DNA of 64,000 nucleotides from Callorhinchus milii (GCF_018977255.1 NW_024704752.1:7750001-7814000), one strand, 5' to 3'; shown: positions 39,581 to 52,805, counted from the stretch's first letter. A program made the numbers and translations. Notes: generated by a model not told the origin, from the sequence alone.

Positions 39581-40590
39581 ATAATAATAATAATAACAAA
39601 ACAATAACGTACCACTGTGCCAGGAGGAGAAACCATTATAGCTTTGGTCGTCAACTTATTTCAATGTTTTGGGATGTGTTTCTTTTTGAAAGTGGATTGG
39701 ATAAAATGGTAGCAAATGATACATTTTATAAAGTACTAAATATATAATGTTCCTTGTGATCCAGCAATCAGTATTGTTTGACATGGTAATTCACAGTACT
39801 GTTTTCCTACTAAGAATAAGTCTCTTCTAGATGCAGCCAAGCTAACATCTACAACAGCCAAGTCACTTCAATCTTCCTAAATGACTAACATTACCTGTCC
39901 CCCCAAGTAGTTTATATCACGGAGGATTTCATTTTACATCTGTCTTTTTCAAAATGCAGCCTATGCAAATGCACTTCATGTCCTTCCGATTCTCAAAGTT
40001 GCCTCCAAAAATGTTAAGACCACTTCTCCCATTCTTAGAGCATCAACCTGTTGTTTTCGTCAAAGAAAAGAGGATAAACTACTCCTTACCATATTACAAA
40101 TATTTTGCTAAAATCCTCTGATATACACATCACTATAATATTCTGATACATTCCAAACCTAGCACCGTGGTTCCACATACCACCATAATACCGTAGTTTT
40201 TGATACAAAAGGCAATTTGGAAAATGTAGGGTTTAAAAAAAATTCATTTTGATGGGTTGTTTGAGAAGGCGAATGTTGACCCTAGAAAAACACCAACAAA
40301 AAACAGTTACTCCATTTTACAGTATATCCTGTGAAGCACTTTGAGATGGCCTCCAACTTGAAAGATGCTAAACCTCATGTAAGGATTATTAAGGAAGAGG
40401 GACAACGCCCGGAGAAATTGAATACATTCTCCACATACCTCACTAAAATGGTTGCTGATATACCTAATTTATCCATTGTAACACTCTAGATTTTACTTAA
40501 TCCTTGCATTTTGCATTTTTAATCCTTTGTTTAGTCATTAAATTAAATACCTTGGTTCTGAATTATCCTTTTACGAAGGTGCATAAAATT

Positions 40591-41925
40591 ATGAATGCTG
40601 TCCATGGACTAGAGAGCTTACACCTTGAAACATTCAATGACAAAGAGAAATCAGAAAAGAATATCTTCTCCAAAAGAAACTTATCGGACATGGATATGTT
40701 CTCTGGAAAAAACAGTTCGGACAACAATACCATCCCTGGAAAGAACAAATTGGGTAGGGATGCCTTCCCTTGAAAAAACATTTCAGAAATGGATACCTTC
40801 CCTGAAAAAGACAGTTCGGACAAGGATATATTTGCAGGAAAGGTCAGATCAGGCAAAGATACCATCCGTGAAGAGGAAAGATCAGAAATGGACTCCTTCC
40901 CTGGAAAAGATGGATCATGCGGGTTCACAAGCCCTGGAAGAGTCAGCGCAGACATGGACACCTTCCCAGAAAAAGACAGATTGGATACAAGCCCCAACTC
41001 TGGAAGCGACAGATTGCCTAGAGCTACCTTGCCTGGAAACGGTGAATCAAATACAGATACCGCTTCTGATAAAGGAAAATTGGGCAGTGATATCAGATCT
41101 GGAAAAAAANCATCACAAACAGTTACTTTCGCGAGAAAAGACAGTTCAAACAGGTTTTCCTCCCCTGACAAAACACAATCGAACAAAGGAGCCAACACTG
41201 AAAGAAATAGTTCAGACGAGGATGCCTGCCCTGAAAGTGAATTGGACAGGAATACCATCTCAGGAAAAGACCAATCTCAGAGGATCACAGTCTTCAGAAA
41301 AAACAAGGATACTACCTCTGAAAACAAAAGGTTGGACAGCAATTTCATCCCTGGAAAATCCAGATCTCACAGGGTTACGTTTCTTGAAAAAGACAGTTCA
41401 GGCGGGTATACCATCCTGGCAAAAGACAGATTGGACAAAGATACCCTCACTGAGAAAGATGGTTTGGAAAGGAATCCCACCCCTGAAAAAGACAGATTAA
41501 ACACAGATATTTTCTGCAAAGAGAAATCCTTTCCAGGAAAGGAGATTTCAGACATTGATTGCTTGCTTAATAAGGAGAATTCAGAGATGGATATCCTCCC
41601 TGAAAAGGAGAGCTCAGAGATAAATACCCTCGAGCAAGAGGGTTCAGACATGGACACCCTCTCTGAAAAGGAAAGTTCAGAGATGGAAACTCTCCCTCAA
41701 AAAGACTATTCAGACATGGATACATGCTCTGAAAATGAGAGTTTAGAACTAGTTACCTTTCTTCAGAAGGATAGTTCAGATATGGATACAGACCCTGAAA
41801 AAGACATTTTCAATATTGAAATTGTCCCTGGAAAATCTGATAAACATGGATGTGCTTCCTGAAAAAGAGAGTTTGAAAATGGATAGTTCCCCTTGAAAAG
41901 ATAAGTCAGGCATAGATACCATCTT
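40591..41925 (+). other. Degenerate 33-bp (11-aa) tandem-repeat ORF, consensus ~MDTFPEKDSSD; uncharacterised gene or pseudogene
   Basis: About 40 diverged units. ORFs 40504-40773 and 40789-41862 share one frame and are separated by a single TGA; units continue in a shifted frame after ~41840. Confidence 0.6.
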
Positions 41926-42419
41926 TACCACACAAATCTGGAGCTCTGTTTTTCAATATTTTAGCATGGGCTCAACAGCAAAGTGACTTTTATTCAATTA
42001 AAATAGCATGACTGTTCTTCACTAACATTTCCCACTGTGTTTTCACTAATTGATTGGTATAGAACAGGTAATTTACTGTCTGAAATCGGGGAGCATGCCT
42101 AATTCACCAGTGTACTTGGGAAGAGAGGGTGGTGAGCAAAGACTGAGACAACTCAGTATCTGGCATAAAAAGATCTATCACAGTTGTAGCATTTAGTTTT
42201 TATTACAACCATTCGATTAATACAGTATTGGGAAGTATAACATTAGCATATAGGGTTAGATATTCCACCAGAGCTTAAATTTACTCTATTTATCTAGCAT
42301 TTTAGAGTTTCCAGAATTTGGGAAATTGTTTAGTCTTAACTTTGAAGCTGGTTTTCTTTCTATCTTAATAGAATTTACAGAAAACTAGCATTAAAAATGT
42401 ATCTTGTGAGTTACTAGAG

Positions 42420-42720
42420 CCAATTCAATCTAGCAAGGATGGAAGCAATTGGTGTATGAAGCTTTGTGCAGGAGAGAAACCTGGCTGCAGAGTCTGGATC
42501 AATTGCAACTTCTGGAGGGCAAAGTTATGAAGTTGGCAAGGAACTTTGAGAAAACTCAATCCTTGAGGTGACAAAAGCATGCACAAGGGTTTCGGCAGCA
42601 GCAGAGGGGGTGAGATAAAGTTGTAAACAAGCAGTTGAAAAGAGATTGTTTTAGCGATAGCCTGAAAATGTGGTTTGAAACTCACCTCAGGGTCAACATT
42701 AATTATAAAGATATATCACA
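42420..42720 (-). mobile_element. L2 ORF2 fragment (decayed)
   Basis: Minus-strand translation includes LQKLQLIQ; gcagagtctggatcaattgcaactt mirrors the 19250 region. Confidence 0.55.
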
Positions 42721-43446
42721 TTCTCCTGATACCTCAATGGGTAAATCCATCTACTATTGCGGATCTACACAAACCTGGGAGAATGACGGTTGTATGTTTT
42801 CTTCCTTGTTTGCAACCCACCCCATACATGCAAAACAACGACAACAACAAGTTGCATTTATACAGTGCCTTTCACGTCGGGAGGGGCTAGACAATGAGGG
42901 ATTTGACACAAGCTGCAGGTTAGGATCGGGGGGTGGTGGGATGGAGGCGATGGGGGGAGGGGTGTGGAGGAGAGATTACCAAAGGCATCTGTTTTCTGCC
43001 ACGTGGTTCAGTTGTAAACAAATTAAACTATTTCACACAGAGTACTGAGCAACCCTTAGAGTTGCAAAGTAAAGACATTCAACCCAATGGCTTGAGGCTG
43101 CTCCCAGTTACTGTTCACTAATAATGAATCATCAGTGCCACTGTCTGAGGCAGAAGATGTGTTTTGTCCTCAGGGCTAATGATCCATATCAATGTGGTTT
43201 GGATGTGTATAAATCAACCTGCATCAGAGAAGCGAAACATAGATATAAGGCGATGGTGAATGAGACTTTGTGATAACTTTCAATGTGGCAAAAAAAACAA
43301 GGGATTCATCAGGAGTGAACTTTAACGGATATTCTAATTTTAGGAGCATGTTTACTATTTATATGGTGTCTAGTTCTTAGACCATTGTAAATATGAAATC
43401 TAGAGAATCTATTATTAATGATTAATAATCAGTAATACTGTACTAC

Positions 43447-43781
43447 TTTTTTTGGCCAGCCTGGTGTCTGACACATGCAGAAAACCATTACTATGCTTAA
43501 GAGTTGCAGACTGAGAGTTTCACCTATATTTACCACCTACGGGTTGGAGATTTCCCTGTGTCTGGAATGGAATGCACATTCTCTCCGTAGAGGCATACAC
43601 CCTGCGTACCTAATTGTGGAGAGTATTAGGAGCAGGTTGGTGAGAGCCAAAGCTTAGGGACCCCAGAAAATTCATTTGAATACGTCTGGACTTTAATGCG
43701 TCTAACTTGCCAAGGCTTTGACTTGCAAGGTTAATAGGAGCTGAGTGAGAAGAATCCCTGCTCCCAGAGAATGGTCTTCCC
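43447..43781 (-). repeat. Interspersed element copy A (unrecognised family, A-tailed on minus strand)
   Basis: Colinear similarity with 51454-51853. Confidence 0.65.
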
Positions 43782-45013
43782 CTCCAAGTCGTGATAAGTC
43801 GTGTTAGCTGGTCTGCTATCAGCAGTGCCTTTGAGTACTGCAGATCCATCTGTCTTAGCAACCGACCTACCGAAACCGCCACAGAGACTTGAGGGTTGAC
43901 TCTGTTCTGACATTCTGTTGCCAAACACGATACCTTGAAGCCACCTCGGTGTCTAGAAGGCTACCCTTTCCCTCCACCCTCGCCAGAGGATTGTCACAGG
44001 ATACACATTGTTATTATTATATTATTGTTAATTTACCCACAACACAAACTAAAGAATAGTTTCTCAAAATTACCACAGGGAGTCAGCCTCAATAAGTCTA
44101 TCTACAAAATACACAGTCTTTGGACTTACAGCATATAGTGTGAAGCACTTTGAGATGTCCACCAGATCTGAATGATGTGCTTCTCAGCCAAATGCAAGGA
44201 TTATTATTAGTCATGTTCAATCCTTCAGCAGAGGATAGGAATAAGAACACAATGGTATATGAGGGATTGGGAGTGGACCAACATTTTAAAGGGACAAAGA
44301 ATAATTATAAAATATGAAAAGATTGTTCTTAAAAAGATCTAGATCACTATGTAACCTCTGTTTTTGTATAGCATTTCCAGTATTCTCTGTCTCCACTTCA
44401 GATTTACAGTATTCTGCTATTTGATTCCACATTTCGAGGGTTTAAATTGTGAGGAAACAACAAGAAAGTTGAACTTATCGTCTTTGAAAAAGAGAACACT
44501 TTGTGATAGTCTAATTGAAGGTGTTAGCTTATGGAAATTATGATCACTGCAAATTATTCATTGGAGCATGGAGTCAGGCACAGTTGGAAGTACTCTTGTC
44601 GCTGAATCAATAGGTTGTGGATTCAAGCTCCACATCGGAACTTTGGAACTCAAAGTCTGGGTGCTATCCTTCAGATACGGTCCCATCTGAGTTCTGCTTC
44701 GTGAAAGGCATCATATCAAAGGAAAGGATTATTTATTATTTTTTAGTGAAGGGTTCAAAGCAGAAGGAAGAGAAGTGTAAAAATAAGGAGGTAACAAGAA
44801 ATGTCTGTCAGATGACAAAGAATGATTCTCTTGTGGAATAAGGAATAAGTTATTAGGGAAGGCTATCGAAATGAACAGCATAATATGTAACCAACAGGCT
44901 GTGTTTCTGAAAAAAAAAGGTTTAAGGGATATAGTTAGAAGGTGGCTGGGAAAGTGGGATCAAACTGAGACTTTCCAATATTTGTGCTTCAGTCAATTCA
45001 TTTTACAATATGC

Positions 45014-45400
45014 GAGTGGTTAGAGCACTCGCTTTGCAAGCGAGAGACCTGAGTTCAATTCCAGGCAGAGGGCGAAACCTTGGGCAAGTTTCCTTACTCC
45101 ACACAGAGCCTAATAATAATCCCTCCAAAACCAAAAACAATAATAAATTGGTCATTCTCAATCTACGACTGTTTGTGGGACATTGCTGTGCGCAATTGGC
45201 TGCCGCGTTCGCCCATAAATACACAGTCAATTCACTTTACAGTGTGTTCTGTAAAGCGCTTTGGGACGTCCTCCCGACGTGAAAAGCGCTATATCAAATG
45301 CAAAAATTATTATTATTATTTATTCTGTGAAGCGTTTTGAGACGTCTCAATGACATGATAAGGTACTATATCAAATGCAAGGATTAGTATTATTATATTC
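45014..45400 (+). mobile_element. Young tRNA-derived SINE (slightly 5'-truncated) followed by a second SINE 3' end
   Basis: Reverse-complement match to 11039-11358 over ~300 nt; second tail gtgaagcgttttgagacgtctc...tatcaaatgcaagg at ~45325-45398. Confidence 0.9.
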
Positions 45401-46742
45401 AGTTACTCAATGAATAAACTCCTGATGTAAATGGCGGTCTGTAAATGTAAATTTGTTTGTATTGTAAACTTGATTCATTTATCTTACAACAGGATGTCAG
45501 TAAACTCAGCAGACACAGTAACACGGTCGCATGAATGCAGGCACACAAATTCACTATACTTTGATACAAAGAGATTTGAGGTGTTCTGACAACATAATAA
45601 GATGCTACATTAGATACAAGAATGATTATTATTATTACAGGGATGGGTTCCGAATCATATATTTAGACCCAAACAAAGGTTTTGTATGCTACTTTGAGGT
45701 CCGCAAAGCAGAAATCTTTGACCTAAACCTTTTGCACAAAGAACCTGGAATCAACCACCAACAGCTATTACCAAGTGCAAATCAATCTGAACCGGATGCA
45801 TTCAGATAGATCAGTATCGATGAGAATTGTCCTAGATTGAGAGGATGAATCAGAATTTTCTAAACCCCATCAGTGTTCAGTCAGACCAGGCATTCCTCTT
45901 CAGTCTCAGCTTTCATCCCAGATTCTTTTTAATTAAAATTCTCAGCCATAATTAGTGCTAGACGCATGAGTCTTCGAGTGCACTCAGCAGTAAGCAGCTC
46001 CTGCATGCTAATAAACAGAGACTTACAGATCTCAGAATGTAGTTAGCAAATAGGAGCTGTTTCATGTGTTACTATTGCTAAAATAAACAACATAACTTCT
46101 TTAGCAGATGCAGTTTGATGCTTCCAGCAATGTTTGATGGATTTTTTTTCTCTTAAGTAACACCGACAACACCGATTAATTACATTTCCCTGGTTACATG
46201 TTTCTCAAGTTTGTATCTAGGGAGCAAGCTTTATTTACCTTGCTCCAGCTTTCAGAGGAAAGTATGGAGCTGGGATTCTTTCTGATTTTTGGGAGCAGAT
46301 GTTGCCATTTGAAAGGAGTGGCATTATACAGAAATATTTCATTTGATCCATTTGATGTTTTGCGTGCAGCCTGAGCTTTCTGTTATGCATTCAGGTGCTA
46401 TGTGTTGTATTTATATTTCTTCATTTGACTTTGTGTGTGTGTGGGAGTGGGTGGGGGGGCAGGGGGGAGGGGAGCAGAATATCGAAATGAAATGAAAAAA
46501 TGTGAAACCTGTTTACTGGTTAAGGTATGCTTATTTCCTATTTTGTGTCAAGGAACCGAATGGAAATATATCCAATAGGTCATAAGTCAGGTTTGGATGA
46601 GAGTCTTTTTGGCTTTTTTCACCTCAGCCTTCCAGAATGCCAGCCATACCACCTTCCCCATACAGCATCAAGTTTCCTTTTGTTCTGACTTCAGCCATCA
46701 TTTCTAACAACCTGTTAGTAATACCAATCGTAACACTAGGAC

Positions 46743-47195
46743 TGGAGTCCTGTAGCGTATTGATTAGAGCAAACGAGAGGACCTGGGTTTGATTCCCAGG
46801 CACGGCAAAACCTTAGGCAAATTTTCTTACTCCACACGCCTCTGCTTACCTAGCAGTAAGTAGGAACCTGGTTGTTAGACGAATGGCTGATCACTTTTCC
46901 GGGGGTAATAATCCCTTAAAAAATAATAATAATAATTTGGTCACTTAACTCACGACCGTTTGTGGGACACTCCTGTGTGCAATTGGCTGCTGTGTTTTGC
47001 CCACAAAATGTACAGTTAATTAATTTTACAGTATATTCTCTGAAGTGCTTTGAGACGTCTTGAAGAAGTGATAAGGTGCTATATCAAATGGAAGGATTAT
47101 TACTATTATTATAATAATAATTCTTGCATTTGATACATCACGTCGTCGAGCCATCTCAAAGAGCTTCACAGGATTCACTGTAAAATGTAGTGAGT
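46743..47195 (+). mobile_element. Longer-subfamily SINE (+) joined tail-to-tail with a SINE 3' fragment (-)
   Basis: GGAGTCCTGTAGC head, internal ctgcttacctagcagtaag...gggggtaataatcc segment, tail to ~47112, then the inverted tail aataataattcttgcatttgata... Confidence 0.85.
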
Positions 47196-48399
47196 ATTTA
47201 TTCTCTGTAAAAATAAATACTTCCTAAATGTGTTTTTTTCATTGTTGAAACATGAAAACTGTTTTACGGCTACGGAAAATCAATGTGTGAAAGCAACATC
47301 AGGAATATAGCCTGCCTTGTCTCTATCTTCAAATCAAATATTAATACTAATAAAGAAATTAAATAGCTCCTTGCACCTTACTGCTAGATTAATACGTGAT
47401 AGACTCGTATCCCAAACCTTCTGGGAATACTTTGCATTTCAAATTAGGTTAACAGCCCTAATCAAACAGAAACTATATGTTGCTAGTATTTCAGTGGAAC
47501 AGTCAGCTGTGAAACAAGCTCTGTTGATAATTTTCAATATTTTATGTGTCCTACTCTGTTTTGATTTATTTCACCTTTGATTTTAGACTTCCTCCCTCAA
47601 TGGAGGCATATGATGCGTAGCATACAGAGATCTATATAGATCAGTGACCTTCTCTCACACCTTTGCTGCTCTTCGGGTATTCACAAAGCATTTTTGTGAA
47701 GAAAAGGAACAAATGACATGAGTCTATTGATTTTTTACCCCCACCCTTCCTGCTTCATACCAATGGAGAAGAGCCTCTTCAGCCAAAGCCTTCTCTGTTC
47801 TCTGACATTCCGTGTTTGTCCCAGAAAATGTTGTACCATTTGGATTTCTACATACACGTTTTTCTACAATACCAGATACACTAAGGTTTAAAAGGGTAGG
47901 AGGTGGTAATGCAGGGGATATTATGGTATTCATATTTCACGATAAATTGATAAAAATACTTATTAGTATTTTCTAGTCATCTGGTCATCTTGTGGATGTC
48001 TACTATTGCAGGAAGTGACTGAAAGAGATTTGCATCATTTTATATGATCCATAAATGTTGCAAAGAACTCTTAATGAAAGGTGAAGGCTTTTGATGTCAA
48101 ATGGATAATAAGTTGGGGTTTTCTTGCAGACAAAAGGTGCTCAGTAACCACTATACATGATAGACTGTCGGAACAAGGGTTATTCCCTGCAGGTCTAACT
48201 CCAACCAAAACCATGTACATAATAACAGAATACAGTGTCATTTTAAAATGAACAGGTAACAAGTTCATGTGCAGAACTAACCAATAAAATGAAAACAGTA
48301 CTTCTTTGTTAAATCTACTGCAACTATGGCCATATTACTTCTATATTACTTGGTTTGTCAGAAGTGCCTTCGTTCCCATAAGACATTAAATTGAGGTCT

Positions 48400-48756
48400 C
48401 CTCTGCCTGCTTCCTAACCCACTACCACCCTGTTCGCTCCCTCCGCTCAGCGGGCTCCGGCCTGGTTCACGTCACCCGCCTTGCTCGCCCCACTATTGGC
48501 GGGCGGGCCTTCCACCACTCTGCACCCACCCTCTGGAACTCCATCCCACAGTCCCTCCATCTTGCCCCCTCCCTCGCCACCTTCAAGACCCACCTCAAGA
48601 CTCTCCTCTTTGACCGTGCTCTCGATCTCCCTGCTATCCCCTGCCCTCCACCCTCCCAAACCTCAGCTTGGGTCCATAACTCTGTCTGTCCAGCGCCTTG
48701 GGACGTCCGCTTGTCATGAAAGGTGCTATATAAATGTAATTTTGTTGTTGTTGTTC
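48400..48756 (+). mobile_element. L2-clade LINE 3' end with (TTG)n tail
   Basis: ctctggaactccatccc...ttcaagacccacctcaagactctcctctttgac...cagcgccttgggacgtcc...gctatataaatgtaattttgttgttgttg. Confidence 0.85.
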
Positions 48757-51453
48757 TTTAGGTGGATGTTAGTGTCTAAAGGACCATTTGAAAATAGAAG
48801 GGAAATGTTTCAGTGCCAACATTCCTCCAAATTAATTGGTCATTCCCTTCATGTCTATTAGTGGGACTGTGCTGAACCCTAAATGGTTTGCCTACAAACA
48901 GTCACTGCATACTAGCTGTAGTTAATGTGAGGAACTTAGAGACTTTCTGACAATAGTGATGCTATAAAAATTGAATTTCTTTTCTACCAAAACTTCAATC
49001 AAATGTATCAATGCAACATTATCACACCAGGAATTACGTTTTTGCACAGCTTTGTTGATGGGCCAATGACTTTCCAAGTTAAGAAGAGAGACAAATGTTT
49101 TAAATCATAATATTTGCATTTGATATAATGCCTTATCTAGTGGTTGAGACATCTCAAAGTGCTCATAGTGTAAAGTGTAGTGACTTTGTATTTGTAGACT
49201 TTTTTTGGGGTATAATATACTCCCCATTTAACAGATTAGTGTACCTCATCTCTGTTCCTTAATTTCTTCCAGCATGTCCTAATTTCTTCAGTTGCATCCC
49301 ACTGTAAATATCCTTTAGTAACCAAACTGTAATACTTTCATTCACTCTTCTTTCTCCTTTCCTTTCCTGGATAGACAAATGCCTTTTCCCTACCCATCTA
49401 TCTAAACTGAGAGCAAGTTCCCCTTCCAAATTCCAGTAACATTCATGTGTTCATTTGAGCCATAATGTTACCCCTAAACAAACATATCCCCGAGGGTTCT
49501 CAGGATACTAATGGGATTCATTTCTTCTTATTTACCCAAATGATTGGTATTATGAATTTGTATTATGGGTATTTAATTTTTAATATTAAAAAGGTGTAGG
49601 TTCAGTATTACCAAAAGAGTTTTACCAAGGGATTTCTACATTGTTTTCCTGGCTGTTTTTCTAGGTATCAAATGCAGGCAAAAATGCCTTTGTCATTCCT
49701 TAAATCTGAGTCAGCAAGACAAAATTGCAGAACATCCTCAGAAGAAACTAACCTAGACAGACCATCAGAGATACCGTCGAAGAAAGGTCAATTACTAACA
49801 TTGAATACTGAGCCAAAAAGTGCTGACCTTAATCACTGGCTCTGCACACTTTTAAAATGCTGCAACTCAGCATAACATTATTGAATTTACCGTTCAAATC
49901 TGGGGCGCCTTTAATCTGACAAACACAACCCTTCCTGCAAGTCAATGACTTTAACGCCTAGTTAATTATGCAAACTTTGATCACAGAATCAAAGCATGAC
50001 CTCCTGATTCTGAAACGCTGTCTGACAACTCTCTCCCTTCTTTATTTAATAATCATTTAAAAAATCATCTTGACAATGAGAGACCAGAGTTGTGACGCAT
50101 AAAGGAACAAGAATACATTTTGCTCTTATCTATGCTATTCACTATGAGTATTTTAACCCTTAGATTGAGAGCACATCCAGAAAAAATCCCATCTCCCTGG
50201 CAGACTGGTTTTGCTCACACATTTAATCCGAAATCATATTTGTAGTAATGAAGTTACTTGAATATTAAGAGGAGAGTTATTTGTGTAATATGAATGCTAG
50301 AGTACTAAATTGAGCACCTCTTATACAATTGTAATTAAAATAAAATATGTTAGATACTTCCGTTCAATTGCTCTGTTGTCCCCTATCTAATACAATACGT
50401 TTACATGGTGCCTTCTACACCAAGAGTGCTTTACATTCTTTCACTTTCACCCACAAAATACATGGAGTCAATTCACTTTTCAGTAAATTTGAGACGTCTC
50501 GAAGATGTGATAAGGTACTACATCAAATGCAAAGATTATTGTTATAGGATTATTACTTTTGAACCAATTTCCACTTGTTAACTTTAGCTGCCTATCTAAA
50601 TCTATACCATCTTATCTGTACAGTTCTTGAGAATAGAATTACAAGCATAACATTTTAGAGGAGTATTAACAGGTTTAATTGTTTTTGAATTCTATTAGAG
50701 TGAAATACTTCATTGACATCAGTGGTAAAACAGATCTTCTCATTTGTGATGAAATATATAGTGTTGTGGTCATTTGACTGATCTGTATATGAAATCACTA
50801 CCTCAGAATCAAAAGAGATTTGAACTGTTGAGTCTGTGAAGTACGGTAAATGAGACCAGCATGTTACTACAGTATTCTGTGTGTTTCTATTGCAGTGGTT
50901 CAAAAGGTCATCCCAATCTCCCCTGGGTTAACTAGATTTGTTCCAGATGATGCCTCTGCTATGTCTCCTGCAATTTTTGGTTGTTTTTGAAGTTTAAACG
51001 TGTCAATTTACACGCAGAAAATTGAGACATCCTGCAGCCTGTACACCTGAATCAGATGATATAAAGGCAAATGATTCAGCTAGGTTTATGCAGAGAACTT
51101 CCTATGCAAGGAAGTGGCAAAGCAAAATCTCACCCGTGGGCAGAAGAATTTTTTGCCCCTTTGAAGATATCCATTAGGTTGAGCCAAAACTAGCTGTAAG
51201 AATTGGGAGACACATTTGTTGCATCAAATGTTGGAGTTGTTTTTCCGCTGGTAGACAAAGTATACGTGCACAGTTGGTGAGCATTATTTTCCAAATTGTT
51301 GGAGTCTGAAAGCCTATTGGGGGGAAAAAAATCAATGAAATGTGATTGACTTTTGTCGACAAGACCTTTCCAGAAACTGCAGAACAATAACTCCAAAGCT
51401 ATATGGAGTTTGGATGCAGAAAACTAGATATACAGTAATTAGCCAAATCTCTC

Positions 51454-51853
51454 TTTTTTTGGTCAGCCGGGTGCAGAATGCAGAAACCCATCACCATGGT
51501 TAAGAATACCCAAACCAAACTGAGAATTCCATGCATCCCACCTAGACATGGAAATTCCAGAGATAGATTGTTGGAATGGACTGTGGTCTCTCTCCTTGGA
51601 GGGATGCATCCTGCTTACCCAATTCTGGAAAGTATTAGATGCAGAATGGCAAGAGCCAAGGCTTGGAAGTATGTGTTGAGGTACCTATGGAGTGTAACCA
51701 GCTAAAACTGCATAGCTTGCCAGTGATATTACTGTCAGGCAAGCTTTCCTGATGCTTGTCCAGCTAGAACCACCCTACCTGTAAGGGCCATGGCTTGCAG
51801 GGTTAATATGAGCTGAGTGGGAGCATTCCCTGCCCACAGTGACTGGTCTGCCC
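51454..51853 (-). repeat. Interspersed element copy B
   Basis: Colinear similarity with 43447-43781. Confidence 0.65.
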
Positions 51854-52805
51854 ATTATAGTGACCCTGTCTTAGAGAAGTTTAAAGACAGCCAGTTGGCA
51901 TGGAAGCTGGAGACATAGCTTTGGGTCCCATAGCAAGAAATTATAGGTTTCCAAACCAAGAATAAATTGTGACATTTTCTTTTCTAGAGATATGTGTCAG
52001 ATTTTCCAGTAATTTTAATAAGAAAATGAATAAGGCTATTTCATAATCAGGGGAAACTGGAAATGTATATTGCTTTCTTTTCCCCAAGTGAATTTTGAGG
52101 TTTGGCAAGGTACTGTATGACCAGTGTGAGATTAGTTGAGTCTAATCAGTCTGTACTGCAAATCTCATGGTACAGTCTATGTTTAAGGTTTGTTTGTGGG
52201 GAAGCTAAGTACCTTTTTTGCAGTTGCTACTGGTTTGGATTGAAAACCAAACTCAGGAGAAAAGTGTTTTTGTGTGTAAGCTAAAGGAAGACTTATCGTA
52301 CAACATGTGCCTGAACTATTTGGCTTGTTAAAGAATGATAAATACAAGGTATTGCATGTAGAAAGTAAGAATAGGAGGTGCATGTACTCCATGAATGGGA
52401 TAGAACTTGCCAAGGGGGAATCTACCTGGATTATTGCGTACATAGAACCATAAAAATAAGATAGATTTAAATTTAAGTTTAAACAGGGAGCCTCATCATC
52501 AGGATCCCTTCTAAATTAACATAATTCTTTAAAGTCCTCAGGGTTTTAAAGGTTGAAAGTCTTGAGACATCTCAACGGCGTGATAAGGCGCAATATCAAA
52601 TGCAAGGATGATGATTATTATAAGGTGGCAATCCCTCTTTAAGGTAAGATATTCCAGACTGCTCATGTAACACCATTTTGTTACCATGACTTTAAGACTC
52701 AGAATTTTGTCCCCTTCTCAAGCCAGAGCATTGAAGTTAGTAAACAGCCAGAAGGGGAACTTTCCTGCTCTGCAGAGGTCAGAACATGCCCAACAGTGAA
52801 TTTCT

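Noticed and set aside
40771-40773. Selenocysteine/readthrough interpretation of the in-frame TGA
   Set aside because: The position corresponds to Gly/Glu in sister units, not Cys, and I could not identify a SECIS; a point mutation or base error is more likely.
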